This document shows positions 45,984 through 55,618 of a DNA stretch of 64,000 nucleotides, one piece after another; positions within the stretch are counted from its first letter, which is position 1, and every line of letters starts with the position of its first letter. The DNA lies in assembly GCA_024699645.1 (NCBI GenBank), contig JAILPE010000112.1, positions 5,385 through 69,384 of the forward strand, given 5' to 3'. The DNA comes from Lachnospiraceae bacterium (GTDB lineage Bacteria > Bacillota > Clostridia > Lachnospirales > Lachnospiraceae). Below the pieces are notes generated by a model. It ran no database searches. It worked only from the letters and a program-made list of their open reading frames with translations, and had not been told where the DNA came from. Position numbers and translations under genes: made by a program.

Positions 45984-47051
45984 ATGATAAAAAAGGATTT
46001 ACTTCTTTTTATAAGCGACAGAAAAACGATCCTTGTTCTTATTGTCCTTATCGTGCTCGGCATTACGGGAACCGTAATATCGAGCGGTGAGAATACACCC
46101 GTCCGCATAAGCGTCGGGATCGTCGATCATGAACAGTCCGAAAGGTCGGAAATGGTCAAGACATATTTTACCGAAAATGAGGATTTCAATTCATTCATCG
46201 ATGTCTGTGAAGGGAGTTCCGGGGAGGTTGAAAGGAAGCTTGAAAGTGGAGAGCTTGATTTCTACTTCGTCATCCCTGAAAATTTCACGGATGATATGAT
46301 CAGGATGGAGAACACGCCCCTTAAGGCTGTGATAAACAGTGAGGACAAAGCAAAAGCCGCTGTCTACGGCGCACTTCTCGAGTCCTACTCAAGGTATATA
46401 ACCGCTGTCGAAGTGAATGTCGAATCGCTGACTTTTGCGATGAGAGAAGCGGGATATGAAAGATCGGATATCAGAGAAGCAAATATATCGATATCATGGG
46501 ACCTTGTTTTTACGGCACTGGGGAAGGATGACTTCTTTAAGAGAGTTGCGTATGACAGGATGGCGTCGCTGCCTCTCGCGGACCACTACATCTATTCGGT
46601 GCTTGTATTACTTGTTTTATATGTCGGTATGCTTACCGGTTACAGTGTGATCCTTGAAAGAAAGAGCGGAGTCAGAGACCGCCTTGCGGCAGCGGGGATA
46701 AGCGTTTTAAGACAGATAGTGTCTAAAGTGGCTGTTTATGCAACGATTATGTCGGCGGCCTTTATACCTATGGTCGCGGTTATGAGCTCGGTCGGAAAAC
46801 TCAGGTTTGACTTCGGAGCGGGATTGTATTTAACGCTTATGATATATGCATCATGTATCATATTTTCGATCATTGCTCATATCATAAGCTCAAGAAACGG
46901 GTATTGTTTCTTCTCCAATATGGCTATCCTGCTTATGACGGTGCTTGGAGGCGGTATAATTCCCGTTATGTACCTTCCGAACGCTTTTTCATCGTTCGCA
47001 CAGTTTATGCCTGCGTACAGGTTCATTACTTTTATTTTGCAAAGGAGCTGA
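45984..47051 (+). CDS. ABC-2-type transporter permease
   Basis: One N-terminal TM helix, a large extracytoplasmic loop, then 5 C-terminal TM helices, which is the typical ABC-2 topology. Confidence 0.6.
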   Translation: MIKKDLLLFISDRKTILVLIVLIVLGITGTVISSGENTPVRISVGIVDHEQSERSEMVKTYFTENEDFNSFIDVCEGSSGEVERKLESGELDFYFVIPENFTDDMIRMENTPLKAVINSEDKAKAAVYGALLESYSRYITAVEVNVESLTFAMREAGYERSDIREANISISWDLVFTALGKDDFFKRVAYDRMASLPLADHYIYSVLVLLVLYVGMLTGYSVILERKSGVRDRLAAAGISVLRQIVSKVAVYATIMSAAFIPMVAVMSSVGKLRFDFGAGLYLTLMIYASCIIFSIIAHIISSRNGYCFFSNMAILLMTVLGGGIIPVMYLPNAFSSFAQFMPAYRFITFILQRS

Positions 47052-47054
47052 CGT

Positions 47055-48188
47055 ATGGGAGCATTTTTACTCAGGATCAAATTATTGCTTGCCGACCGCG
47101 TCGCAACCGTTTGCTATATACTTTGCGTTGCAGTCATGGTCCTGGTATTCTTCAACATGAACATTTATGCTTCGGATGCGAGCAGGGTACCTGTCGGAGT
47201 CATATGTGAGAGTGATTCGCCGTCGGCGGAAAGGCTCTTCGAAAGCCTTAAGAAAAGCGATGCACTAAGAGTCAGCACAGGGAGCATGGAGGAACTTGAG
47301 GAGCTTCTTATGGACGGCTATATCGGAAGCATTTTTGTGATCGGCGATGATTACGAAGAGAAGCTCAGAGCCGGGATCAAAGAAGATATAATAAAAGTTA
47401 TTACGCCGACTGACGATACTTCATCGATAATAGTCCGGGACATAGTCGCCGGATATATGATGTATGATGTATGCTTTTTCAGAACATATGATGAATATGC
47501 TGCGCTCCCGCAACCAAACGATACCGGCGGGCAGGAGACACAAAGCAAAGAGAGCGGAGAAAAAGAAACCGTAACGCTCCCGAAGATGAGCGAAGAAGAG
47601 TTCTCCGAATATGTTCAAAAAGTAGCATCGGATCCGATATACGGTTTTGATTTCGATATTGAGTACAGAGATATCAAGAGCGGCTCCGAAAAAGATGTGG
47701 AGATCACCACGGCAATGATATACAGGCAGATCATTGCGGGACTTATCGGAATGCTCCTTATGGTCATTTGTGTATGCGGATGCAACGGATTTGCTCTTGA
47801 ATGCGGACAGAGTATTTTAAAAAGGAAAAGGACAACAGGCAGTTCAATGTTACTTTCATACGGGCTTGAGATGTGCGCTGTACTTGTTTATCTGACACCC
47901 GCCGTAATACTGTCGTCACTGATCATGATCGAAGAGAGCGGAATTTGGGGAGCCGTTTGTATATTCCTGATGGGCGAAGCGCTTTGTGCGTTATTTATTA
48001 TGATCTGTTCCGCGATCGCGCTCTTTATAAAAAGCGCATCGGCATATCAGCTTGTCGGGACTGTGGTCTGTCTGGTACTCGGTGCATGCGGTTTTATAAA
48101 CACTTTCTCGGCAATGACCGGAACTTCCGTCCTCGGATGGACACCGGTTGCCGCTTATATTAACGGATTTGCCGAAATGCTCATCTGA
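47055..48188 (+). CDS. ABC-2-type transporter permease (paralogous topology)
   Basis: Same topology as the upstream gene. No ATP-binding subunit gene is adjacent. Confidence 0.55.
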   Translation: MGAFLLRIKLLLADRVATVCYILCVAVMVLVFFNMNIYASDASRVPVGVICESDSPSAERLFESLKKSDALRVSTGSMEELEELLMDGYIGSIFVIGDDYEEKLRAGIKEDIIKVITPTDDTSSIIVRDIVAGYMMYDVCFFRTYDEYAALPQPNDTGGQETQSKESGEKETVTLPKMSEEEFSEYVQKVASDPIYGFDFDIEYRDIKSGSEKDVEITTAMIYRQIIAGLIGMLLMVICVCGCNGFALECGQSILKRKRTTGSSMLLSYGLEMCAVLVYLTPAVILSSLIMIEESGIWGAVCIFLMGEALCALFIMICSAIALFIKSASAYQLVGTVVCLVLGACGFINTFSAMTGTSVLGWTPVAAYINGFAEMLI

Positions 48189-48203
48189 TCCCGCTGGGGA
48201 GAG

Positions 48204-48290
48204 AGGTATAACAGGTACCTGTAACGGGTGCCGTCCGGAGACGAAAACAAAGGAAATAGGTATAACAGGTACCGTCCGTATTCGAAAGTA
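48204..48290. repeat. Diverged direct duplication, period about 54 bp with an indel, after the permease genes
   Basis: AGGTATAACAGGTACC occurs at 48204-48219 and 48258-48273. CGTCCG...CGAAA...AAGGAA follows both copies. Confidence 0.8.
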
Positions 48291-48309
48291 AGGAAGGAGC
48301 TATATTTTA

Positions 48310-49659
48310 ATGGATAAGAAGCTTGAAAAGATGTTCGCCGCGTATCATTATGCCGGCGGATATGAGCTGTTTTTTAAGACGGGTGCTTTTACGGAGCAGC
48401 TTTTTGACATGTTTGACGGAAAGATACCCGAGTCATATACGAAAGCCGATCAGGTATTGAAACTCATCAGAAGATCGACGCAGGCCGAAAGCGATGAATA
48501 CGGTGCGATAGTCGAAGAGCTTATAAAGATCAGAAAAGAGATCGAGGAAGAGATGAGAAGTGTTGTGGAGCTTCGAGATAATCTCGTCGTTTGCGATTAT
48601 GTGATGAAACGTCTTGCGGAGCCTGAACCTACTTCTTCAATGGATAACGATAAAGAGGCGTCTGCCGTATTAAACCTTATATTCAGAAATAAGGATAACG
48701 CCGCCGTTAGGGATGCCGTAAGAACGGCTGTCGCCGTGCTTCCGCTCAGGCTCGCAAAAACAAAGTTTTTTGATCTTGTTGAGAGCGCACTTGAAACGCA
48801 GCTCGGAAGAAACGAAAAAGACATTGACGATATGGTATCCAACCTCGAGGGATATGCCGGTCTTAAATCATCGGGCAATAACGCTTATGACGACAAAGAA
48901 GCGTCGGAGGTCATAGACATTATATTCTCAGGCGATCCGGGGAACAATCCGAAAGCAGACATAGACGAGCTATACAGGCGTACGCATGAGGCGGCGAAGA
49001 GGATAGGAAACAGACTCGACGTGCTTGCAGACATAGGACTTATGATAAATTCGCTTCTGCTTGAACTTACGGCAGCCGTTCATGCCGGGAAGGAAGCGGG
49101 GGAAGTATTTGCGAACAGGGACGTCACGGATTATGTCGTCAGACTTCTCGACCTGTTCTGTGCGGGAGACAAAAAGGCTTTTGAAGAAGGCTTGATCTAC
49201 GAGGGCATAGACGAAGAAGAACTTGTTAAACTTGACGAGCTGCGTGGCGTTCTGCCGGGATACGAAGACAGATTCATCTCGATGGCTGAAAATGAAAGTG
49301 ATGAAATATACAGAGATGCAAAAAGATGCGTAACGCTTATATCGGACTCGATATTCGGGTCTCTTGAGGTCAATGAGGACGCAGGCAGGACTGTGGACAG
49401 AGAAATGATCATGAACAGAGCGAAGGAGCTCAAAGAAAAGCTCGTAGATGCATTCGGATCGGGTTCAAAGCTTTTGCAGCGCGCCAGAATGTCGGGTGTT
49501 CTTCTGAGGCTTCCGCTCTTTTTGAACAATTCGGATGAAGTGAGAGAATATGTAAAGAACAGCTTAACTTCGTGTCGCGACGAAAAAGAAAAAGCAGTTG
49601 CGGTCAGAGAGATAAAAGAGTATTTTGCGGGCACATATGAATTTCGAAACGAGCCATGA
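48310..49659 (+). CDS. Hypothetical protein, 449 aa, predicted all-alpha, acidic; no family recognised
   Basis: Long ORF with RBS GGAAGGAG and coding-like composition. Confidence 0.6.
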   Translation: MDKKLEKMFAAYHYAGGYELFFKTGAFTEQLFDMFDGKIPESYTKADQVLKLIRRSTQAESDEYGAIVEELIKIRKEIEEEMRSVVELRDNLVVCDYVMKRLAEPEPTSSMDNDKEASAVLNLIFRNKDNAAVRDAVRTAVAVLPLRLAKTKFFDLVESALETQLGRNEKDIDDMVSNLEGYAGLKSSGNNAYDDKEASEVIDIIFSGDPGNNPKADIDELYRRTHEAAKRIGNRLDVLADIGLMINSLLLELTAAVHAGKEAGEVFANRDVTDYVVRLLDLFCAGDKKAFEEGLIYEGIDEEELVKLDELRGVLPGYEDRFISMAENESDEIYRDAKRCVTLISDSIFGSLEVNEDAGRTVDREMIMNRAKELKEKLVDAFGSGSKLLQRARMSGVLLRLPLFLNNSDEVREYVKNSLTSCRDEKEKAVAVREIKEYFAGTYEFRNEP

Positions 49660-49729
49660 GCAAATATAAGAGTTTTAAGCCGCGCTTTTCAAGGTAAGCA
49701 CCTTTTAACAGCAGGAAAGGAGGGAAGCC

Positions 49730-50071
49730 GTGATAGAATGGGACAACAACCTGCGTTTGCGGGGGAAGGCACGTAAAAAAGAAAAAAAGATAAAAAAGCT
49801 TGTTGAAAAAAGAAAGCTCAGATCTGTCGGTTATTATGCACTGGCATTCCCTTCAAATAAGGAGAACATCCTTGATATCTACAATATGGGCGAATTCCTT
49901 TTTGCTCATTACAGAAAAGATCACACAGACAATGTCCATGTGATCGGCATTGCGGACAACCGTGAAGAAGCGACTGAACTGGCGCGTGACATAATAGATG
50001 AGGTTTATCGGGAATCAGGAACATTTGACGTTGAAAGGTATTTTAGAAAATGCTCGGAATCATCTTACTAA
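49730..50071 (+). CDS. Hypothetical protein, 113 aa (GTG start), basic N-terminus
   Basis: RBS AGGAAAGGAGGG lies upstream. Its 3' end overlaps the next gene by 22 nt. Confidence 0.45.
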   Translation: MIEWDNNLRLRGKARKKEKKIKKLVEKRKLRSVGYYALAFPSNKENILDIYNMGEFLFAHYRKDHTDNVHVIGIADNREEATELARDIIDEVYRESGTFDVERYFRKCSESSY

Positions 50072-51024
50072 TCCTTAAGATAATCGGCATAGTGCTGCTT
50101 GCCATCATCGGGCTCTTGCTGCTGATACTTCTTGCGATACTTTTTGTCCCTGTCAGGTATAAGGCGTGGGGAGAAAAACATGAGAAGTTAAAAGCACAGG
50201 GACGCGTTACTTGGCTTTTTCATATTCTGAGGATAAAGGTCTCATTCGAAGACGGTAAACTTAAAACAAAAGGAAAACTTCTTTTCTTCAATCTGATCCG
50301 CAGCGAAGAGGATGTTGAAAAAGAATGGAATGATGTAGAAGATGATGACTCTGACTTCGGAATCGGAGATGAAGAAGCCCTTGAAGATTTGAAAAAGGCT
50401 GAGACCAAACAGGATTCCAAACCGGAAGCAGAAACAGAGAAAAGGAACGTCGAAGAGTCAGCGCGGGAAGAAAATAAGACGGTACAAGAGTCTGCAGAGG
50501 AAGACAAGATCACAGCAGAGGCCTCACCGGAGAAAGAAGAGAAACCGGCGGCTTCGGCTTCAAATAAAAAGAACGAAAAAAAGGGCAGCAAAAAGAAGAA
50601 GCGAAAAGACAAGAAAGAAAGACCGGAAGAACCGAAGGAACATAAACAGGGTATTGTTAAAAAAGTAAAAAACTTATACAATATAAAAGACGACCCGCGT
50701 GCAAAAAGGTTTTACGCAGTTGCTAAAGCGAGACTCAAAAAGATCATACGACACATCCTGCCGAGAAAGCTTAAAGGAAGCGTTAAATTCGGCACGGGAG
50801 ATCCCTGCACGACAGGAAAGATACTCGGCGCCGCAGCAATGATGTATCCGATATACGGAGACAATATAAGCGTTGAACCTCACTTTGAGGATAAGATGCT
50901 CGAGTTTGACATTTATCTGCGCGGCAGGATAAGATTGTTCACGGTAGGACTTCCGTTACTGATGACTTACAAGAACAAAGATCTGAAGTATTTGAGAAAA
51001 AAGATAAAAAAGGCACTAAAATAG
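50050..51024 (+). CDS. DUF2953/YtfI-like sporulation membrane protein with a long E/K-rich insert
   Basis: N-terminal TM helix ILLILKIIGIVLLAIIGLLLLILLAILFV. It is placed directly upstream of the GerW/YtfJ gene, as in other Firmicutes. The low-complexity region is at about 50320-50660. Confidence 0.6.
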   Translation: MLGIILLILKIIGIVLLAIIGLLLLILLAILFVPVRYKAWGEKHEKLKAQGRVTWLFHILRIKVSFEDGKLKTKGKLLFFNLIRSEEDVEKEWNDVEDDDSDFGIGDEEALEDLKKAETKQDSKPEAETEKRNVEESAREENKTVQESAEEDKITAEASPEKEEKPAASASNKKNEKKGSKKKKRKDKKERPEEPKEHKQGIVKKVKNLYNIKDDPRAKRFYAVAKARLKKIIRHILPRKLKGSVKFGTGDPCTTGKILGAAAMMYPIYGDNISVEPHFEDKMLEFDIYLRGRIRLFTVGLPLLMTYKNKDLKYLRKKIKKALK

Positions 51025-51060
51025 CAGAATAAGGAAAATGTTTCAATAGAGGAGGTTTTT

Positions 51061-51483
51061 ATGGCTGACAGCAGTAATTTTAGCGAAACGGTAGGAGCGC
51101 TTTTTAAGGGTATGGATTCTTTCCTGACAACGAAAACAGTAGTCGGTGATGCAGTGCGCTTTGAAGACGGAACCATTATACTTCCGCTTGTAGATGTTAG
51201 CTTCGGCGTCGGGGCGGGTGCATTCCAGAGCGGTAAGAACGGTGCGGCCGGCGCTATGGGAGGAAAGATCTCCCCTAATTCGGTACTTGTTATTTCGGGC
51301 GGTTCGACCAAGCTCGTAAGCGTAAAGAACCAGGATATGGTTTCAAAGATCTTTGATGCGGTTCCCGAAATAATAGATAAATTCAAGAAGAGTCCCGCCG
51401 AAAAGGCCAAGGATGCAAAAATGAACGAGCAGGCAAAGAAATATATGGATTCTGAGGCTGAAGACTCTGAAGAAGATAAGTGA
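51061..51483 (+). CDS. GerW/YtfJ-family sporulation protein
   Basis: TVVGDAVRFEDGTIILPLVDVSFGVGAGA...GGKISPNSVLVI is characteristic of the family. Confidence 0.85.
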   Translation: MADSSNFSETVGALFKGMDSFLTTKTVVGDAVRFEDGTIILPLVDVSFGVGAGAFQSGKNGAAGAMGGKISPNSVLVISGGSTKLVSVKNQDMVSKIFDAVPEIIDKFKKSPAEKAKDAKMNEQAKKYMDSEAEDSEEDK

Positions 51484-51643
51484 TTTGTAATTAAACATGG
51501 ATAAAGTACGGGCTTTTTACGAAAGACATTCCCCCGATTGGCCGAGTAGTGATTTATAAGATAATTTGTTGTTGCAATTAAGAGCGCTGTATGATAAAAT
51601 CCATGTGTTTGATGCTAATTTTACAAAGAAGAGAGGTGTCGAT

Positions 51644-51853
51644 ATGGCTAAGTGTGCTATTTGTGGCAAGGGTAATATGTTTGGTCATCATCTGAGCTAT
51701 TCAAGAAGCCACGTTTCAAGGCGTGCAAATAGAGTTTGGAAATCTAATGTGAAGTCCGTTAGGGTCATCACAGATAACGGACCTAAGAAAATGTACGTTT
51801 GCGCGGCTTGCCTTAAAGCCGGCAGGGTAACCAGAGTGCAGAACGCAAAATGA
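51644..51853 (+). CDS. rpmB: 50S ribosomal protein L28
   Basis: MAKCAICGKGNMFGHHLSYSRSHVSRRANRVWKSNV. Confidence 0.95.
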   Translation: MAKCAICGKGNMFGHHLSYSRSHVSRRANRVWKSNVKSVRVITDNGPKKMYVCAACLKAGRVTRVQNAK

Positions 51854-51862
51854 TGATAATCG

Positions 51863-51900
51863 GGGCTACTGTAAATATAGGCAGTAGCCCTATTATTGTA
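51863..51900 (+). terminator. Hairpin after rpmB
   Basis: GGGCTACTG (51863-51871) pairs with CAGTAGCCC (51882-51890), followed by TATTATTGTATT. Confidence 0.55.
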
Positions 51901-51925
51901 TTATAAAAGGAAAGAAGGTGCTCTT

Positions 51926-52282
51926 ATGAACGGTTCTATCGTTAACGGCAACGGTGAAGTGATTGTTAATGCTGATGTTATTGAGAAATGTGCCGGTGCA
52001 GCAGCCGTAGAAAATTTCGGTATTGTCGGTATGGCTTCGATCAGTATGAAAGATGGACTTGCCAAGCTTCTTAAGGTTGAGAATCTTTCACACGGAGTAA
52101 ATGTTACGATCGAGGATAATCAGCTTTTTATTGATCTTCATATCATCGTGTCATACGGTATAAATATACCTACGGTTTGTGCCAATCTTATTGAAAACGT
52201 AAAGTATAAGGTAGAAGAATTCAGCGGTCTCAAAGTCAAGTCGATCAACATATTTGTTGAAGGTGTCAGAAGTATTGATTGA
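51926..52282 (+). CDS. Asp23/Gls24-family envelope stress protein
   Basis: IEKCAGAAAVENFGIVGM and the typical position in rpmB-asp23-DAK2 synteny. Confidence 0.85.
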   Translation: MNGSIVNGNGEVIVNADVIEKCAGAAAVENFGIVGMASISMKDGLAKLLKVENLSHGVNVTIEDNQLFIDLHIIVSYGINIPTVCANLIENVKYKVEEFSGLKVKSINIFVEGVRSID

Positions 52283-52364
52283 GTTTGAATGAGCCTTTAT
52301 ATACATGAGAAATACAATAATGAGTGCGATCAAAGGTTGCATTCATTAAGGAGGAATCATTAAA

Positions 52365-54050
52365 GTGGGATTACAGACTGTAGATGCTGCGCTGTTTAAG
52401 AAGATCTTTCTTGCGTCTGCGCAGAACATCGAATCACAAAAAGAGATAATTAACGAACTGAACGTATTCCCGGTACCCGACGGAGATACCGGAAGCAATA
52501 TGACCATGACCATAATGTCAGCCGCACGTGATGTGGCTGCTCTTGAGAATCCGAGTATGGCTAAGCTTGCGAAAACTATCGCATCCGGATCTTTACGCGG
52601 TGCTCGAGGCAATTCGGGTGTTATCTTATCACAGCTTCTTCGCGGTTTTTGTAAAGTTATCGGTGATTATGATGAAATCGATGTAGATGTTGCGGCAAAT
52701 GCTTTCTCAAAGGCTGTTGAGACTGCATATAAAGCCGTTATGAAGCCTAAGGAGGGTACTATCCTTACCGTTGCCAAGGGAGGCGCTCAAAAAGCGGCCG
52801 AGCTTGTCGGTGAAACCGAGGATATGATCTCCTTTATAGAAAAAGTCATTGAATACATGGAGGAAGTGCTCGAGTATACACCTGAGTTGCTTCCCGTGCT
52901 TAAAGAAGCAGGGGTTGTCGATTCGGGCGGAAGAGGACTCCTTGAAGTAATGAAGGGCGGATTTGAAGCTCTTTGCGGTAAAGAAGTAGAATTTAAAGGT
53001 GAGGCTTCATCTGCTAAAACTGCATCGGCCCCTCGTTCCGGAGCCGTTGATACGTCAAATATTTCGACATCAGATATCAAATACGGTTATTGTACGGAAT
53101 TCATCATTCTGCTTGAAAAGAAATTTACGCAGAAGGACGAGATAGATTTTAAAGCGTTCCTGACATCGATCGGAGACTCGATAGTTTGTGTGGCCGATGA
53201 TGAGATGGTAAAGGTTCATGTTCATACGAACCATCCCGGACAGGCATTTGAAAAAGGCCTTACCTTCGGTCAGCTTACAAGCATGAAGGTTGACAATATG
53301 AGGATCGAGCATGACGAAAAGCTCTTCAAAGAGCAGGAAAAAGCTGCAGATGCTCCTAAAACCGCCGCTCCGGAACACAAAGAACCTTCAAAGGAATACG
53401 GATTTATAGCTGTTGCTGCCGGAAAAGGACTCGCTGAAATATTTGACGAACTTGGGGTTGATCACGTTATCGAGGGTGGTCAGACAATGAATCCGAGTAC
53501 GGAAGATATGCTCAATGCCATTGATGCTGTTGACGCTAAGAATATATTTATATTCCCGAACAACAAGAATATCATTCTTGCCGCACAGCAGGCGCGAGAT
53601 CTTACCGAGGACAAGAACATAATCGTTATCCCGAGCAAGACGATCCCTCAGGGTATCGCCGGTATTATCGGTTTTGTTGCCGACAAGAGCGCGGATATTA
53701 ACGAAAAGCTTATGACGGAAGCTTGTAAAAATGTCAAATCCGGTTCTGTAACATATGCCGTACGTGATACGAAGATCGACGGTAAAGAGATTAAGATGGG
53801 CGATTACATGGGACTTGATGACAAAACCATTACGAGCGTATCTAACGACAGACAGGAAGCGGTGATCTCACTTATCGACGGAATGGTAGATGAGGACTCG
53901 GAGGTTGTTTGCTTATACTTCGGAGAAGATACGACCGAAGAAGAGGCTCAGAGTATTGCAAATGCGATCGAAGAGAAATATGATTATCTCGAGGTAGAGG
54001 TACATAACGGCGGACAGCCTGTATATTATTACATACTTTCCGTTGAATGA
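52365..54050 (+). CDS. DAK2 domain protein (YloV-like)
   Basis: PVPDGDTGSNM motif, 561 aa, GTG start. Confidence 0.9.
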   Translation: MGLQTVDAALFKKIFLASAQNIESQKEIINELNVFPVPDGDTGSNMTMTIMSAARDVAALENPSMAKLAKTIASGSLRGARGNSGVILSQLLRGFCKVIGDYDEIDVDVAANAFSKAVETAYKAVMKPKEGTILTVAKGGAQKAAELVGETEDMISFIEKVIEYMEEVLEYTPELLPVLKEAGVVDSGGRGLLEVMKGGFEALCGKEVEFKGEASSAKTASAPRSGAVDTSNISTSDIKYGYCTEFIILLEKKFTQKDEIDFKAFLTSIGDSIVCVADDEMVKVHVHTNHPGQAFEKGLTFGQLTSMKVDNMRIEHDEKLFKEQEKAADAPKTAAPEHKEPSKEYGFIAVAAGKGLAEIFDELGVDHVIEGGQTMNPSTEDMLNAIDAVDAKNIFIFPNNKNIILAAQQARDLTEDKNIIVIPSKTIPQGIAGIIGFVADKSADINEKLMTEACKNVKSGSVTYAVRDTKIDGKEIKMGDYMGLDDKTITSVSNDRQEAVISLIDGMVDEDSEVVCLYFGEDTTEEEAQSIANAIEEKYDYLEVEVHNGGQPVYYYILSVE

Positions 54051-54081
54051 TCATAAAAATGAATAATACAGGAGGGTAACT

Positions 54082-54456
54082 ATGGGAAGCGACAAAAAGA
54101 CTATTTTGATCATTGATGATATGGCAACTATCCTTGAACACGCAAAACAGATCCTTAAGGATTCCTATAAGGTTATTCCCTGTACGAGCGGGAAACAGGG
54201 CCTTGAGATATTTGACAAGATGAAACCCGATCTGGTCCTTGTTGATATCAATATGCCCGATATGGACGGCTTTCAGGTGTTGTCCGAGATCAGGTCGAGG
54301 GAAACAGGCAGGGAAGTGCCGGTCATCATGATGACCACGGGATTGACTAATGATATAGAATCTGAGGGATTCAGGGCCGGTGTAGATGATTTCCTTATCA
54401 AGCCTTTTTCGCAGCCCGCGGTCCTTAAAAGGGTTTCAATGCAGCTTGATAAATGA
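54082..54456 (+). CDS. Single-domain response regulator (CheY-like receiver)
   Basis: ILIIDD, the phospho-acceptor context LVLVDINMPDMDG, and K in LIKPF. Confidence 0.85.
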   Translation: MGSDKKTILIIDDMATILEHAKQILKDSYKVIPCTSGKQGLEIFDKMKPDLVLVDINMPDMDGFQVLSEIRSRETGREVPVIMMTTGLTNDIESEGFRAGVDDFLIKPFSQPAVLKRVSMQLDK

Positions 54457-54541
54457 GAGATCGTCTCAGTATCACACTGTTAAATGAGTAGTGTCTCGGT
54501 ATCATCCCGATAAACGAGAAACGCCCGGTATTACCCGACGG
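54450..54541. repeat. Three tandem copies (31/30/31 bp) making up the whole convergent intergenic spacer and both stop codons
   Basis: TAAATGAGAGATCGTCTCAGTATCAC, TAAATGAGTAGTGTCTCGGTATCATC and TAAACGAGAAACGCCCGGTATTACC start at 54450, 54481 and 54511. Confidence 0.85.
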
Positions 54542-55463
54542 GTGTAATTGAATCGATATTGTCCATTTCGGCGGTGACTTGTGCAAGTGTGGTAGCCACA
54601 TAAGCAATGTTGCCGTCGTCGTATTTTATGGCAAACCAATTTGAATCCGATTCGGAAGGAATACATTTAAAGGATTCGCCTTCTTTTGCCTGACGAAGGA
54701 TCTCGGCTTCGGTATTCTTATCGGCTCTGATGTTTATAAGCTTATGTGTAACGGTTATGGTGAGCTTGTCTTTATCGGCAAGCTTATTTAATGCTTTATC
54801 CCCGACTATAAGGTAATCATTAAAGCAATAACCTGTGATCTCTCCGGAGGATATCATTGTCCATTCGTCGATGCGTTCAACAACTCTTGCATAATCGACA
54901 GGCAGGAATTTCGCGATGACATCATAATCTTCACCGGGTCCGCTTCTTACGTTCAGACTTTCACGAACGTTGGCAAGACACAGATCGAACGGCATTTTGC
55001 CTTCGCCGGGTCCGAAAGAGCCTGTTTCAAGCTCAATCTCCTCGACGGGATTCTGTTCATCGGCGGACATTCCCTCGTCAAGGTCCTTATCGCCTTCCGG
55101 AGCGGTATCATTAACGCTTATATCGTCAGGGGCGTTCATAGAGTTATCTGCAGTTTCATGTATACTGACGGTTGTTTCGTCGGAAGTTACCGGTTCAATG
55201 TCAATCGGGCCGTCGTTATTGTTTGCGGATGTGGAGGATCCTTCTCCGACTTTGGGATCGATACCGGCCGGTTCGTTATCGGAAGTATCTGAACCGCTGA
55301 TATCCGGGGATGAAAGATCGGTAGATACATCACTATTATCGGAGGCTGAAGATACTGACGTATCGGAATATAAGTAATTTTGCAAAAATACCCAAGCAAC
55401 AAAGATTATTGCCAAAAGAAAAAATGAGATTATATGATAATGATTTTTGACAAAACGATTCAT
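54531..55463 (-). CDS. Membrane-anchored protein with two bacterial SH3 domains and a D/S-rich linker
   Basis: N-terminal TM helix IISFFLLAIIFVAWVFL. SH3b-like LNVRSGPGEDYDVIAKF and INIRADKNTEAEILRQAKEGESF. Confidence 0.65.
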   Translation of the reverse strand: MNRFVKNHYHIISFFLLAIIFVAWVFLQNYLYSDTSVSSASDNSDVSTDLSSPDISGSDTSDNEPAGIDPKVGEGSSTSANNNDGPIDIEPVTSDETTVSIHETADNSMNAPDDISVNDTAPEGDKDLDEGMSADEQNPVEEIELETGSFGPGEGKMPFDLCLANVRESLNVRSGPGEDYDVIAKFLPVDYARVVERIDEWTMISSGEITGYCFNDYLIVGDKALNKLADKDKLTITVTHKLINIRADKNTEAEILRQAKEGESFKCIPSESDSNWFAIKYDDGNIAYVATTLAQVTAEMDNIDSITPVG

Positions 55464-55618
55464 TTCAGGCTCCTTGATGTTTAATACCATATATGATTAT
55501 AATTATTTACATATTAGTTTTCAAGAAAAACACGATTCGTACACAATTGGAACACAAAATCGGAATACAATGTTATCGTCATCGAAAAAGATAAAGTGTT
55601 TTTAGTCAGAGGTGCATC

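Noticed and set aside
31862-54541. Whether the tandem repeats could be CRISPR arrays or a dispersed REP/MITE family
   Set aside because: Each locus has only 2-3 directly abutting copies with no unique spacers. The units are unrelated between loci, and there are no cas genes, terminal inverted repeats or transposase.
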